A stretch of DNA of 64,000 nt from contig OZ076409.1 of assembly GCA_964187785.1 (NCBI GenBank), positions 56,670,001 to 56,734,000 on the forward strand. Direction: 5' to 3'. Origin of the DNA: Amphiscolops sp. MND2022. Taxonomy: Eukaryota. The notes under the pieces are model-generated. The model was given only the letters and a program-made list of their open reading frames with translations. It did no database searches and had not been told where the DNA came from. A program made the translations under genes and the position numbers. Of this stretch, positions 34,602 to 44,500 are shown one piece after another (positions within the stretch are counted from its first letter, which is position 1; the number at the start of each line of letters is the position of its first letter).

Positions 34602-37600
34602 CTTTGGATTGTTTCTTCATTATTTCTTCATTTAGAGGCAAAGGTTTTCGATTGGGTTCCTTGGCGATCTTTGGGACTGTTGCTTTCAATGCTTGATATC
34701 CTTGGTAGATCATCCTGTCTACTATTGGTGGATCAGCCCAATGTGTGGTTCTCGATAGAATATTGGCTGTGTCGGCTCGCGGTTCCGCTCGTGGGTTATA
34801 CATCCGGGACATATCGATCACTACTCGATGTTGGAGCGTCTCTGGCGTGGAGCCTTTTCTTCTTCCACCCAAACGTTGCACTGCATTGGATAGTACTCTA
34901 AGGATTCCAGGTTCATCCCAGCCAGTGAAGTGTTGCAGGGCCCCAGTACTAGGCTCAACGGGAGCGTGCAGCCATTCCACAGGGTGAAGTTCTAAGGGCA
35001 TGGGGATAGCGCACCGCGCTCTGGCTCGGATCAAGGCACCAAAGTTGTACTCTACCTGCTTCTTGTCCTTGATTATAGTAAACGCCATTGGTGGTCGGAA
35101 ATTGGTAAAGTTACGTACTAGCGCATGGAAGTCTGGCGGCCTGGCGTCGTCTTCCGGGTCTACGAAATGCAGGATTGACAGTGTGGGTGCGCTAGCGGCG
35201 ACCCTAAGTGGCTGCGTGGGGTACCTCAGAGCCATTACTGAGCCAAATATTGGCCAGATGATAGGAGCGATTAAGGGGATTAAGTCTTCCGTTTCCACCA
35301 ACATTAGACTGGCGACTTGTGATGGGAATAGAAAACCTGGCAGGTTTTTATCATTGCGTCTCTGACTGTGTGGGTCGTCCAAGGTGCTCATCATACCGGA
35401 GACATTGACCCAGGCTGAATAAATCCAAGCTAACATTGTCTCTACATTCTCGGTTAGCTGGGCGCGCAACTTTAAAGCGCCTGCGGGGTCCAGTGTATTC
35501 AAAATGGCGTTGATCCAACTTCTCCGGTTCTTTGCAAAGATAAGGAAGCTCAGCAGACTGGAGTTAGTCTTGCCTAGGATTAGCCCCTGCACTAAATGCA
35601 CAGGGCCTTTGTAGACGGCGCTTAGGCCGACGGCCATCAGGTAAGCCAAGATCTCTGCGATTGTGGCTCGCTGCATTGCTTCTATATATAATTTTGTCTG
35701 TTGTTCGTCTAAACTACTCTCGCTTGATACCATGGTCGGCACCCAAAATGGTGAAATATTGTAAAGAAATATGGGGAAGGGAATTCCATGGCTTTCCGCC
35801 ACTTCCACTAGAGTTCTCTGCAATGTTTCATGCCATGACTGGTAGGAGTGCTCTGGGTTCGCACGGTTTTCTTTTGCCGTCCTTTGCGCCAACACCACCA
35901 GCAGCACTAGGGTGGGCGAGACCATGTTGGGCTTTGAATCAATTGCCTGCATTGCTACTGGGAATACTGTTGTTTCTGTTCTGTTTTGCTTGATCTTTTC
36001 GGTCTCCCTGAAGAGGGCTAACAGCTCTTTGTGGAATTTTGCTTCATGGGTTTTCTCATCCAGTGTCGATTCATCTCTTCTCTCAAACCATCCGTTGTCG
36101 ATCATGTTAGTGCGTTCCTTTCCGTTCGGCTCTTTGACTTGGCGTACCCCGTTTTCATCGAAGGTACGGTGCGCCATTTGCATTCCAAAGTCGAAGGCAG
36201 TGGCATCATCGGCAAGTAATTGGGAGTTGCCCGAGTATCCTGTACAAGCCTGCAAGGCTTTCGAAATTTCTGCCAGGAATGCAGAGTAGGAATTTTCGCA
36301 TGGACGCCAGGTTGTGGCGCTTACTCTCAGGTTCGGTGCCACGATATGAAAGGATAATTTTTGGGCGTAGGCTGCTTCCGATATGAGATATAACAACTGT
36401 TGGAGTGGCCTGGGCAGATACACATATCCTGGGGGAGATACAAAGACTACCCCTACAGCGGGTTTCTTTTGTTGTGCCCGCCTGATAACGTTTCTCATCG
36501 TTTCAATGTACGCTGTCACTTCAGCCGTCATCACTTCCTCCGTTAGGTTACGGTTGCTCTCTGCGAAATACCTTAGAGTTCCTCGAAGAGCCAGGTGGTC
36601 AATCACGTTGCCGTAGATCAATAGCGGGGGAAATGGGATGGTTTCTGCATGATTAGCAGCAGGGCCAAAGACCTTGCAGGTCACTTCGGCCATTTCTTCT
36701 AATGAAGTACAGGGTAGGTTCATTACGCGAACATCCATCAGGGTGTTGTTCATGTTCGCAGTTGCCTTCATTGTAGAATCCATGAACAAGGCAATTCTCG
36801 TCTTTTGTAGCATTTCTTTGCCCATGGGGAGCAAAGTCGTCACATCTCTCATGAAATCGCGACTTCTCATCAACTGTTCGTCATATCTGGCTGGTCGTTG
36901 TACGGCTAGTTTCACCTTTGATGGCAATGGTTTCACTAACGACGACCTGTCTCTGTGGAGATCCTCTCTTACTCTTTCAAACCATGGAGGAATACGGTCC
37001 AATAGGAGTGTCGGATTCTTTACTGGTCTCAGATAGTGTATTCCAATGGATGCTCTTTCAAGGTTCCTTACATCCTCTGGGTTTCCTTTGCTGCTGGCCG
37101 TTTCAAATTTCTGGATATCCAGCCCTGAGTCCGGATTCCCCGACCTTGCTTCTTTCTGCAGACGCACAGCGTCTCTTGCAGCTATGTCGTACTGCCGGGC
37201 TTCCGTCTGTGATAGGAGCTCAGAGAATCGCACTCGCCTAGCTTCCGGCTGTTGCACTGGTGAGGGGTTCGGGCTGGAGTTTGTGGCTTCGGAATTGGCC
37301 AATTCTCTTGCTCTTTTCTTTTGAACCAATTGTTCAATCTTGTTTTGTTCTTTACGATTCAGGATATCTCGCAGATCAATAGGAGCCTTTGCTGCTCGTC
37401 TCTCCGTTTGCTCCTGTTCTTTTTGTTGTTCCTGTTTGTCTGGATCAGCCTGAAAACCTATTAGGTGCTGTGGATCCGTTGGTGTCATAGGCGTCAAGGC
37501 ATCATACGAGTCTGGTACCCCAATCACGTCTCTCATGATGGGTACGTCAAGCGGATTTCGCATCATGACTGTTCTTGGTTTCTGGCTGCTAGTTTCATCG

Positions 37601-38349
37601 GTGGTATGCGCACTAGTGTGCATTTCCTCCACCCCTTCCCCCCTGAAAGAGGAAGGGCGCATGAGTTCAGGGTCGCCCTCCGCTAATCGCCGGACGCTGA
37701 TGGAGGCGGACGGTGGGGGTGGTGTCAATACTGGTGGCGGTACTGGGGGTAGTAGGCATGTGATCTGTTGGAATGACGGTGTATGTCGAGATTGGTTGTT
37801 GTGGGCAGGTTGGAGTTGTTCCATGGGAAGCCTAGCAGGCTCATCATACCTCATGCTGGACCTGTGGTCGTCAAAGTGGTGGGTCAGATCATGACCGCGC
37901 CATGTACCATTGTGGAGTTCTGCTGTCCTGCGGTATGAACCGATTCCAACAGATATGGATAGGGTGAAGTCTGGGTGCATCTCCAGAGACTGCATTTGTG
38001 CAATCAGCATAGTCATCCCCGTTACCAGTGTCGGAAGGGCGCCTTCTTGAAGAGTTGATTGGACTAGACCAAGCTGGTCTATTGTGGCTTGGGCCCCATC
38101 TACGGGCAGCGAGGGCACGGGAGCTAGAGGTGTGGCTGACTGATTTTGGCTAGATTGGGAGGTGCTCGGCTGCGAGCTTGTTGTTGAAGGAGCTGGCAGG
38201 CGCGTTCTTGCCGACTGATCCATTATATGAATAGGTAGCACCTTAGACAAAAGATTACGTTGAGTGTACTGCAAATATGGTGATATGCGGCTGGCTGTGT
38301 CAAGTGCGTAGGAATTGACAGGACTGAACTGAAAAACAACAGACATCAA
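34321..38349 (-). CDS. ORF2 of the giant element (env position): large protein with a putative SGNH/GDSL-hydrolase-fold domain, likely start ATG 38223
   Basis: 1342-codon ORF. Disordered S/Q/P-rich N-terminus. SGNH-like blocks IALFMDST / NLPCTSLEEM / PPLLIYGNVIDHL / VVFVSPPG / TWRPCENSYSAFLAEISKAL at about 36250-36804. Hydrophobic helical C-terminal region. Confidence 0.85.
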   Translation of the reverse strand: MMSVVFQFSPVNSYALDTASRISPYLQYTQRNLLSKVLPIHIMDQSARTRLPAPSTTSSQPSTSQSSQNQSATPLAPVPSLPVDGAQATIDQLGLVQSTLQEGALPTLVTGMTMLIAQMQSLEMHPDFTLSISVGIGSYRRTAELHNGTWRGHDLTHHFDDHRSSMRYDEPARLPMEQLQPAHNNQSRHTPSFQQITCLLPPVPPPVLTPPPPSASISVRRLAEGDPELMRPSSFRGEGVEEMHTSAHTTDETSSQKPRTVMMRNPLDVPIMRDVIGVPDSYDALTPMTPTDPQHLIGFQADPDKQEQQKEQEQTERRAAKAPIDLRDILNRKEQNKIEQLVQKKRARELANSEATNSSPNPSPVQQPEARRVRFSELLSQTEARQYDIAARDAVRLQKEARSGNPDSGLDIQKFETASSKGNPEDVRNLERASIGIHYLRPVKNPTLLLDRIPPWFERVREDLHRDRSSLVKPLPSKVKLAVQRPARYDEQLMRSRDFMRDVTTLLPMGKEMLQKTRIALFMDSTMKATANMNNTLMDVRVMNLPCTSLEEMAEVTCKVFGPAANHAETIPFPPLLIYGNVIDHLALRGTLRYFAESNRNLTEEVMTAEVTAYIETMRNVIRRAQQKKPAVGVVFVSPPGYVYLPRPLQQLLYLISEAAYAQKLSFHIVAPNLRVSATTWRPCENSYSAFLAEISKALQACTGYSGNSQLLADDATAFDFGMQMAHRTFDENGVRQVKEPNGKERTNMIDNGWFERRDESTLDEKTHEAKFHKELLALFRETEKIKQNRTETTVFPVAMQAIDSKPNMVSPTLVLLVVLAQRTAKENRANPEHSYQSWHETLQRTLVEVAESHGIPFPIFLYNISPFWVPTMVSSESSLDEQQTKLYIEAMQRATIAEILAYLMAVGLSAVYKGPVHLVQGLILGKTNSSLLSFLIFAKNRRSWINAILNTLDPAGALKLRAQLTENVETMLAWIYSAWVNVSGMMSTLDDPHSQRRNDKNLPGFLFPSQVASLMLVETEDLIPLIAPIIWPIFGSVMALRYPTQPLRVAASAPTLSILHFVDPEDDARPPDFHALVRNFTNFRPPMAFTIIKDKKQVEYNFGALIRARARCAIPMPLELHPVEWLHAPVEPSTGALQHFTGWDEPGILRVLSNAVQRLGGRRKGSTPETLQHRVVIDMSRMYNPRAEPRADTANILSRTTHWADPPIVDRMIYQGYQALKATVPKIAKEPNRKPLPLNEEIMKKQSKDGHGDLHEPDCQTERREQFCLYQLPKCSRDLQGSLHQLRTPGPRKPAARSMPSGLYLDRTGSRARGDFCRWQSNFRSVNYESFKYHTSRSSKY

Positions 38350-38528
38350 TTTGGGCTAAAAGAACGTTCTTGACAAGTACAATTAGGCTACAGTCGAAGT
38401 TAAGAGACACATGATTAAAATAGAGTCGGTCATAATTAAAACCCAATTCGGCGATTGACTAAAACAATACAGGCGTTACAAGTTATGAGTGGGTTTCATT
38501 GTAATTACCCTGAACGTGCCACTGTAAT

Positions 38529-41500
38529 TCAATCAAGCTTAGACTTTCCATGATCAAGGCGTGTCTCAATTGAAGCAATGGACACATACACTCTGTCGTG
38601 TAAGACAACGTCAATATTGGAATCGATGAAATGGTCCCTCAACATTGAATACCAAGCTGGTAGCATGTTGATGGATCTTTCAGGGTCGTAGATGGGCAAA
38701 TGGATTTGGGTAGCGTGTGCTCGCATCAGCTTCTGTATTAGGTCTACTAGGCATAGATGTAGCACATCATGGAGGATGGGGTGTTTATTAGAGGCTCTCG
38801 TGATTAACAATATGATCTCGTTATTCCATGGCGCTGTTGTTGATTTCGGGAGGCGTATGGCCTTCCCCACAGCTGGGCGTAGCCGGAAGATTTCTTCTTG
38901 GCCGTATTCTCGAACAACATAGCGGGCCATTGCTGAGTACGCCAATAGGTCTGCTGGACAACAGATCGCCACAGTTCCTCGGGCTTGCAAAATGTCAGTT
39001 TCTTCGTAGGAAATCCATGACAAGTAATTCGGTTTGAATTTTGGGTGGGTCGTTAATAGCCTCCCAGTGATGGTGCTGTGATCGTTTTGGCCAAGTGAAA
39101 GATGAGCTAGAATGGCTTTATGATCTTGCCAGACTGTTCTACGCAAAGGCCTCGCTCCCATATTCGTGCAAGACCAATCATGAACTACGGATAGTGCTTC
39201 TAGCACGGTCACTGGATTTTCAAAAGTATACGTGTACTTGTCTAGTAGGTGTATTTTAGCTTGACGACAGAAAGTGATAGCTAGTAGCTGTAACCAATGT
39301 TGACTAAGGAATTTTCCACGATAAATGTCTGCTAGATGGAAGCACAGGGTGTCCTCAAACTCTACTAGTGTACGCAAGTTTTCTAGGCAGGTCAGTAGAG
39401 TTCCTGGGTTAACCGGTGATGATTCGTCCAAGGTGGTGACTAGTAACCACCAACCTGTCGTTGGGTGATATACGTCTCCCGGTGGTAAAGTCACACCATA
39501 TTGTTGCCATAGCTTCTGAGCTGTGATACAGCGTACCATTGCTATTTTCATGTCCTTCGGATCTAATTCGCCAAACACAATCGATGGTGGGAGTGGGGGA
39601 ATATTTGCTGCTAACGTGAATTCTAATCCACTTTTGTCATGCCACGTCCATTCCTTAAATCGATAGGTGGGGCTATCTGAGGGCGATGTTTCATGCATGG
39701 CTTTCAGCGTGGTTTCCAAGGGTGGGACCACACCTGGTCCGATGCTCGAATATGTCTTTTCCACAGTAATTACAATGTGATACACCCGTGAAATGTCTTG
39801 GTCATGGGTTTGTACGTGTCGAATTGTGTGTTGCATATGGTCTTCCGTCGTTTCAATGACAGCTAGGTCTGGGGCAGGAGCGGCTACTCCCCGGGCCAAT
39901 CGGTTGTCCGGTGATTTCCCTTCGACCAGGTTGACGCAGCTACAGTTGCGAGAACCACAGTTTCCACACCGATACTTGGGTGCTCTGTTGCGTCGTAGCA
40001 AATATGGTGGGGCTTGTGAAGGCGTTAGTCGTTCCGCTTCTGGTTGTTCCGGTGATACGCTTTCTGCAATGTTGGGCAATGTCATTGCACGTTCCAATGC
40101 TCGTGATTGTGCTCTGGTTTGTACTCTGTCTCTCGATTTAGTGCCTGGTCTGTTTGTTCTTGTGAGTGCTCTACTTGATGAGCTGGTACTTCCTCTTCTA
40201 CGCCCTGGAGGTCTACCTCTTGGTCTGCCTCTTCTAGTTGCAGTTCTCCCTGATGTGGGTGGTGCTTCTATGCTTTGACCCGGTTTTAGAATCTCCCTGT
40301 CAGTTGCTTCTTGGGGTTCGGCTTCCTCAACAGGTTCTGGTCCTACCGAGCTACCAGCTCGGGAACTGAACAGTGGGAAATTACTCAATGTATCGGTTAA
40401 TGCTGGGTTCGATAGCAATGGTGCGGAGGTTCCCGACGGTGAAGGTATCAGATTCTGTGCTGGTTCAGGTAAGATTTCTTCCTGATCAGAGAACAATGGT
40501 TCTAGGTCATCGATGTCAGGAAAAACTACTGGTTGCTGGGTTTCTTCGATGGGTTGTTCTATTGGTTCTGGATCAGATTCTGATTCGGATGGATATCCAA
40601 AGTGACTAAACCGTCTACGTGGGATTCCTTGTTCCAAAGCAGATTGAGTGCGTGTCTGAATCGTGCGGGGGGGGACGGGCGCAGTTGGTTCCATTTCAAA
40701 TGATGCCTCCGGCAGTTGTTCTGGAAGAAACGAATCTCGTGAAATATCAGAGGTAATTTCCTCATTACTTTCCTCCACATACGGGTCTGCCATGATGGCT
40801 ATATTCTGGTCTAAGCCGAAGGGTTGATGTGCTGCCCATTCCCAGGGCGCTGGCACATGTTTCTTCAAGCGCTCGAAATGAACTTTTTGGCCCGTGTCTA
40901 ACACGTAGAGTCGTCCATCTTGTAATACATCTGTGACCTTGTGAGGTCCACGCCAGGCACGAAGGAGTTTACGGGTGCCACCCTTGGGAATTATGTGGCA
41001 AAAAACCCAAACAGCGTCACCCACAGCATGAGCTTTTGCTTTCAAATGCCTGTCGAACTTCTGTTTTTGTCGTACTTGCGCCTGATGAGTGTTTCGGCGA
41101 ACAAGCTCGTGGATTTCTTGTTGTCTAGCAAGTAAGTGCTCTACAAATTCTTCTTTGGACCCAAACTCTCGCGCGGCAAATTCTGGGTATATGAACGAGA
41201 GCGGAATGGATTTTTCCGCGCCATGTTGGAGCATGTACGGGGAGAATCCCGTCGTCGCGTGTCTGGTTGAATTGTAGGCACCCAAGACTCCGTCTATGTG
41301 CTCATCCCAATCTGACATCCTGCGTGACGTATAGACTCTGAGCAAGGTGAGCAACGTTCGGTTCTGACGTTCAACTAAACCGTTGCCTCTAGGATGAGCT
41401 GGAGTAGATGTTACTTTAGTTACTTGCGAAGCTTTCATCAATTCTTGAGCAATCTCAGCAGTGAAGTTAGTGGCATTGTCCGACTGCATCCTGGCAGGAG

Positions 41501-44500
41501 TGCCATGTCTTGCAAACCATTTGTTCAGGATAATCTTTGCAGTCGTTTGAGCGTCGTACTCATCATGCGCACATGGGATTGCTTCTGCAAACTTGGTGAA
41601 GTGGTCGATGATAACTAACAATCCGTTATTTCCTGATGTTGTCTTGCACAACTTCAATTGGTCAAACTGCACCAAGTCGTTGAAATTGCTACTGTTGGTA
41701 CTTTGGAAGGGATAACAGGGATTCCCAGCGGGATGCTTTGTCTGTTGGCATGTTAAGCAGTGCTTAATATGATTGACAACATCGCGTTTGATGCCTGGCC
41801 AGGTGTGGCGTTCTTGTATTCTCGCCAACACTTTGCCAACGCCTTGGTGTCCTGATTCATCATGCGCTCTGTACAAGATTTCATGCTGGTAGAGTTGGGG
41901 CATGACAATCATGCATGGTCGTACGTGCATCGCGCGTTGCTGTGGAATGTAGTTGACACACAAGATGTCATTCTGATTCAAGAACAGTAAATCTTTCTTT
42001 TGATGGAAGTACCGTTTGGCGAAGTCCTGCACGTCCTCAGGGAACAGAGTGTCTTCCAATGGTTCGTTCTTCATGAGTTTCCTCAGTGCGAGAAGGTGGA
42101 CATCCCTGTTTTGAGCTAGATGTAGATCTTTCAATCCCCGCAGTGTCGATTGGTGTTCGTGCAGCTCAGTACCAGCTAGCCTAAGGACATCGGCTTGTTC
42201 TTGGCACTGCGTTGGCAATCTACGCAACGCTGGGTCCCGTTGGGTGGTATCGAGACGTGCCGCTGGCACTTTGGTCGTTACGCTAAGGATACAATTTGGC
42301 CTGTCGTCTTCAGTCGATGTGGGAGTTGTTTCCCATTGCACTTGTGGGTACCATGGTATGGAATTCGAAGAGGAATCTGAGGTCAGCTTCTCCTTTGGTG
42401 GCTTCTTCAAAATGTATAGCACAGGGAGTTGTGCTCGAGCTTCTGGTGGAAGCTCCGGATGGTCCGGAATGAATTTGCCATGTTTGTCGATATATGGCAC
42501 AGTTGGGAGTTCTTCGTAATCTTTCTGGGACATAAAGCTGAATCCCTTGCTCACTTCTGGTAGAGCTTCCACAATCTTCTCTCGATGCACGTAATCGTTG
42601 GTCCTTTTGCTAAGACCGTCCGCATTTCGGTGTTGCGTGCGTGGTCTGTGGATCGTCTTGAAGTGATATTGGTCAAGGCGCGCAATCCAGCGTCCAATCA
42701 TGGCTTGGTCCATTGAATACGTCTTCAGCCACGAGAGAGCCTGGTTGTCCACGCGCAGCGTGAATTCCCGACCCGCAAGGTAGGAATGGAATTTCTCGAT
42801 GAAATAGAATACCGCATACATTTCCAGCTTCGGGGCGCCATAATTCAATTGTGTTCGAGTCAGTGACTTGCTACCATAAACGATGGGACGGAGAATGGTT
42901 TTCCCCTTGTATTCTTGTTCCTGGTGCAGTATGCCGGCTATAGCAACTCCACTGGCATCTGTATCCAAAACAAAACGTCCTTCATCATTCGGGGCTGCCA
43001 AAGCTGTGGCATCAGCTAGTGCCTGTTTCACTGAATCAAACGCTTCTTGATGTTTTTCTTTCCAGTGGAAGTGTTGGTTCTTCTTTAACAACTCCTGCAT
43101 AGGCTGTACTTTGGCGGCGTGGAAAGGAATGAAGTCTCGGTAGTAGTTCGCGAATCCAAGGAAGCTTTGTAGCTCTTCTCTATTTCTTGGGGGCATCCAC
43201 TCTTGGATTTTGCTTACGGCAGCCGGGTCTGGCTTTATGCCTTCGGCAGAGACTACTCTTCCAAGGTATTTGGTTTCAGTGCGCATGAAATCACATTTCT
43301 CGGCTCGCATCTTGAAACCGGCCTCTCTGAGACATTCGAATACTTCTTTGATTCTCTCCAAATGATCTTCAATGGTCTCTGTAGCGATTACTATGTCGTC
43401 AATGTATGCCATGACAACACTTCCATGCCGTTGCTGGATTCTTTGCAGAGCTCGAGTGAAGGATCGCTGAAAGGTGGCCGATGCATTGCATAGCCCGAAG
43501 GGCATGCGTCGCCATTCAAACAGGCCAAGCTCACATGCGAAGGCGGTTTTTCTACGATCGCGCTTCTTCAGCGGGATCTGCCAAAAGGCCCACGCTAAGT
43601 CAATGCTCGTGAAGATTTTTGCATTCCCAATTCTTGAGAGGCTTTCGTCAATCCTGGGCAATGGAAATGCGTCCTTTACTGTTACATCGTTTAGCGGGCG
43701 GAAGTCACAGCAAAAGCGAAGCTCGCCTGTTTTCTTTTTTACCATGACTATGCCACTGGCCCACGGAGAATAGGAGGGTTGTATCAGTCCAAGGGCCAAC
43801 AAATTTTGCACTTCCTGATTGGCTTTCGCTGCCTTATCAGGGGACATTCGCCTTGTTCCTTCTCGGTGTGGTATAGCCTCCGGCTCTAGCTCTATCCTGT
43901 GCTTTGCAATCTTACACCTACCTATGTCAGACTTATTTTTCATGAATAGATCTTCGTACTCATTTAAAATAGTCTCTAACTTATCTCTCGCCTCTTCCCC
44001 CCATGAAGAAAGGACGGAAGAGAGGTCAGGGCCTGGGATTGCTTTTAGCAGTTGAGGATCTGTTCGCTTTCGCTTTTCACTCTCTGACAAATCTAACTCA
44101 GACGGTTCAGTCGAAGACAAGAAGTTTTGGGCAAAGGAACTAAATTCAGAACTGGTGTCCATATCAACATTCTGTTGTATTTGATGTACATGTTCGGCAA
44201 AAAGCTTCGAAGCTTCACCATTATTTTGCAAAGGAATTGAGTTCAATACAAAAGTGGTAAGCGCCGCTTTGCCAACAACAGTTTGTGCTTTAACCCTTAC
44301 CCGTTCTTTGTCAGTTTGATTACGTAGGGCTACGAATATTATGCCCTCTTCTCCCACGGAGGTTAGTGTATCTTCTGAAACAAAGACTGAGCGAGATTTG
44401 ATGCTACATGAATGGACCATTACATTACGAAATAGGAAATCATTTGGTTGTTGTGTGATGATCTTTGCGCGTACTACTTTTCTTTCAAATGGACCTAGCA

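Noticed and set aside
34321..38349. Calling ORF2 a retroviral env gene
   Set aside because: Its position fits, but it has no signal peptide, no clear furin site plus fusion peptide, no Cys-rich ectodomain and no C-terminal TM anchor.
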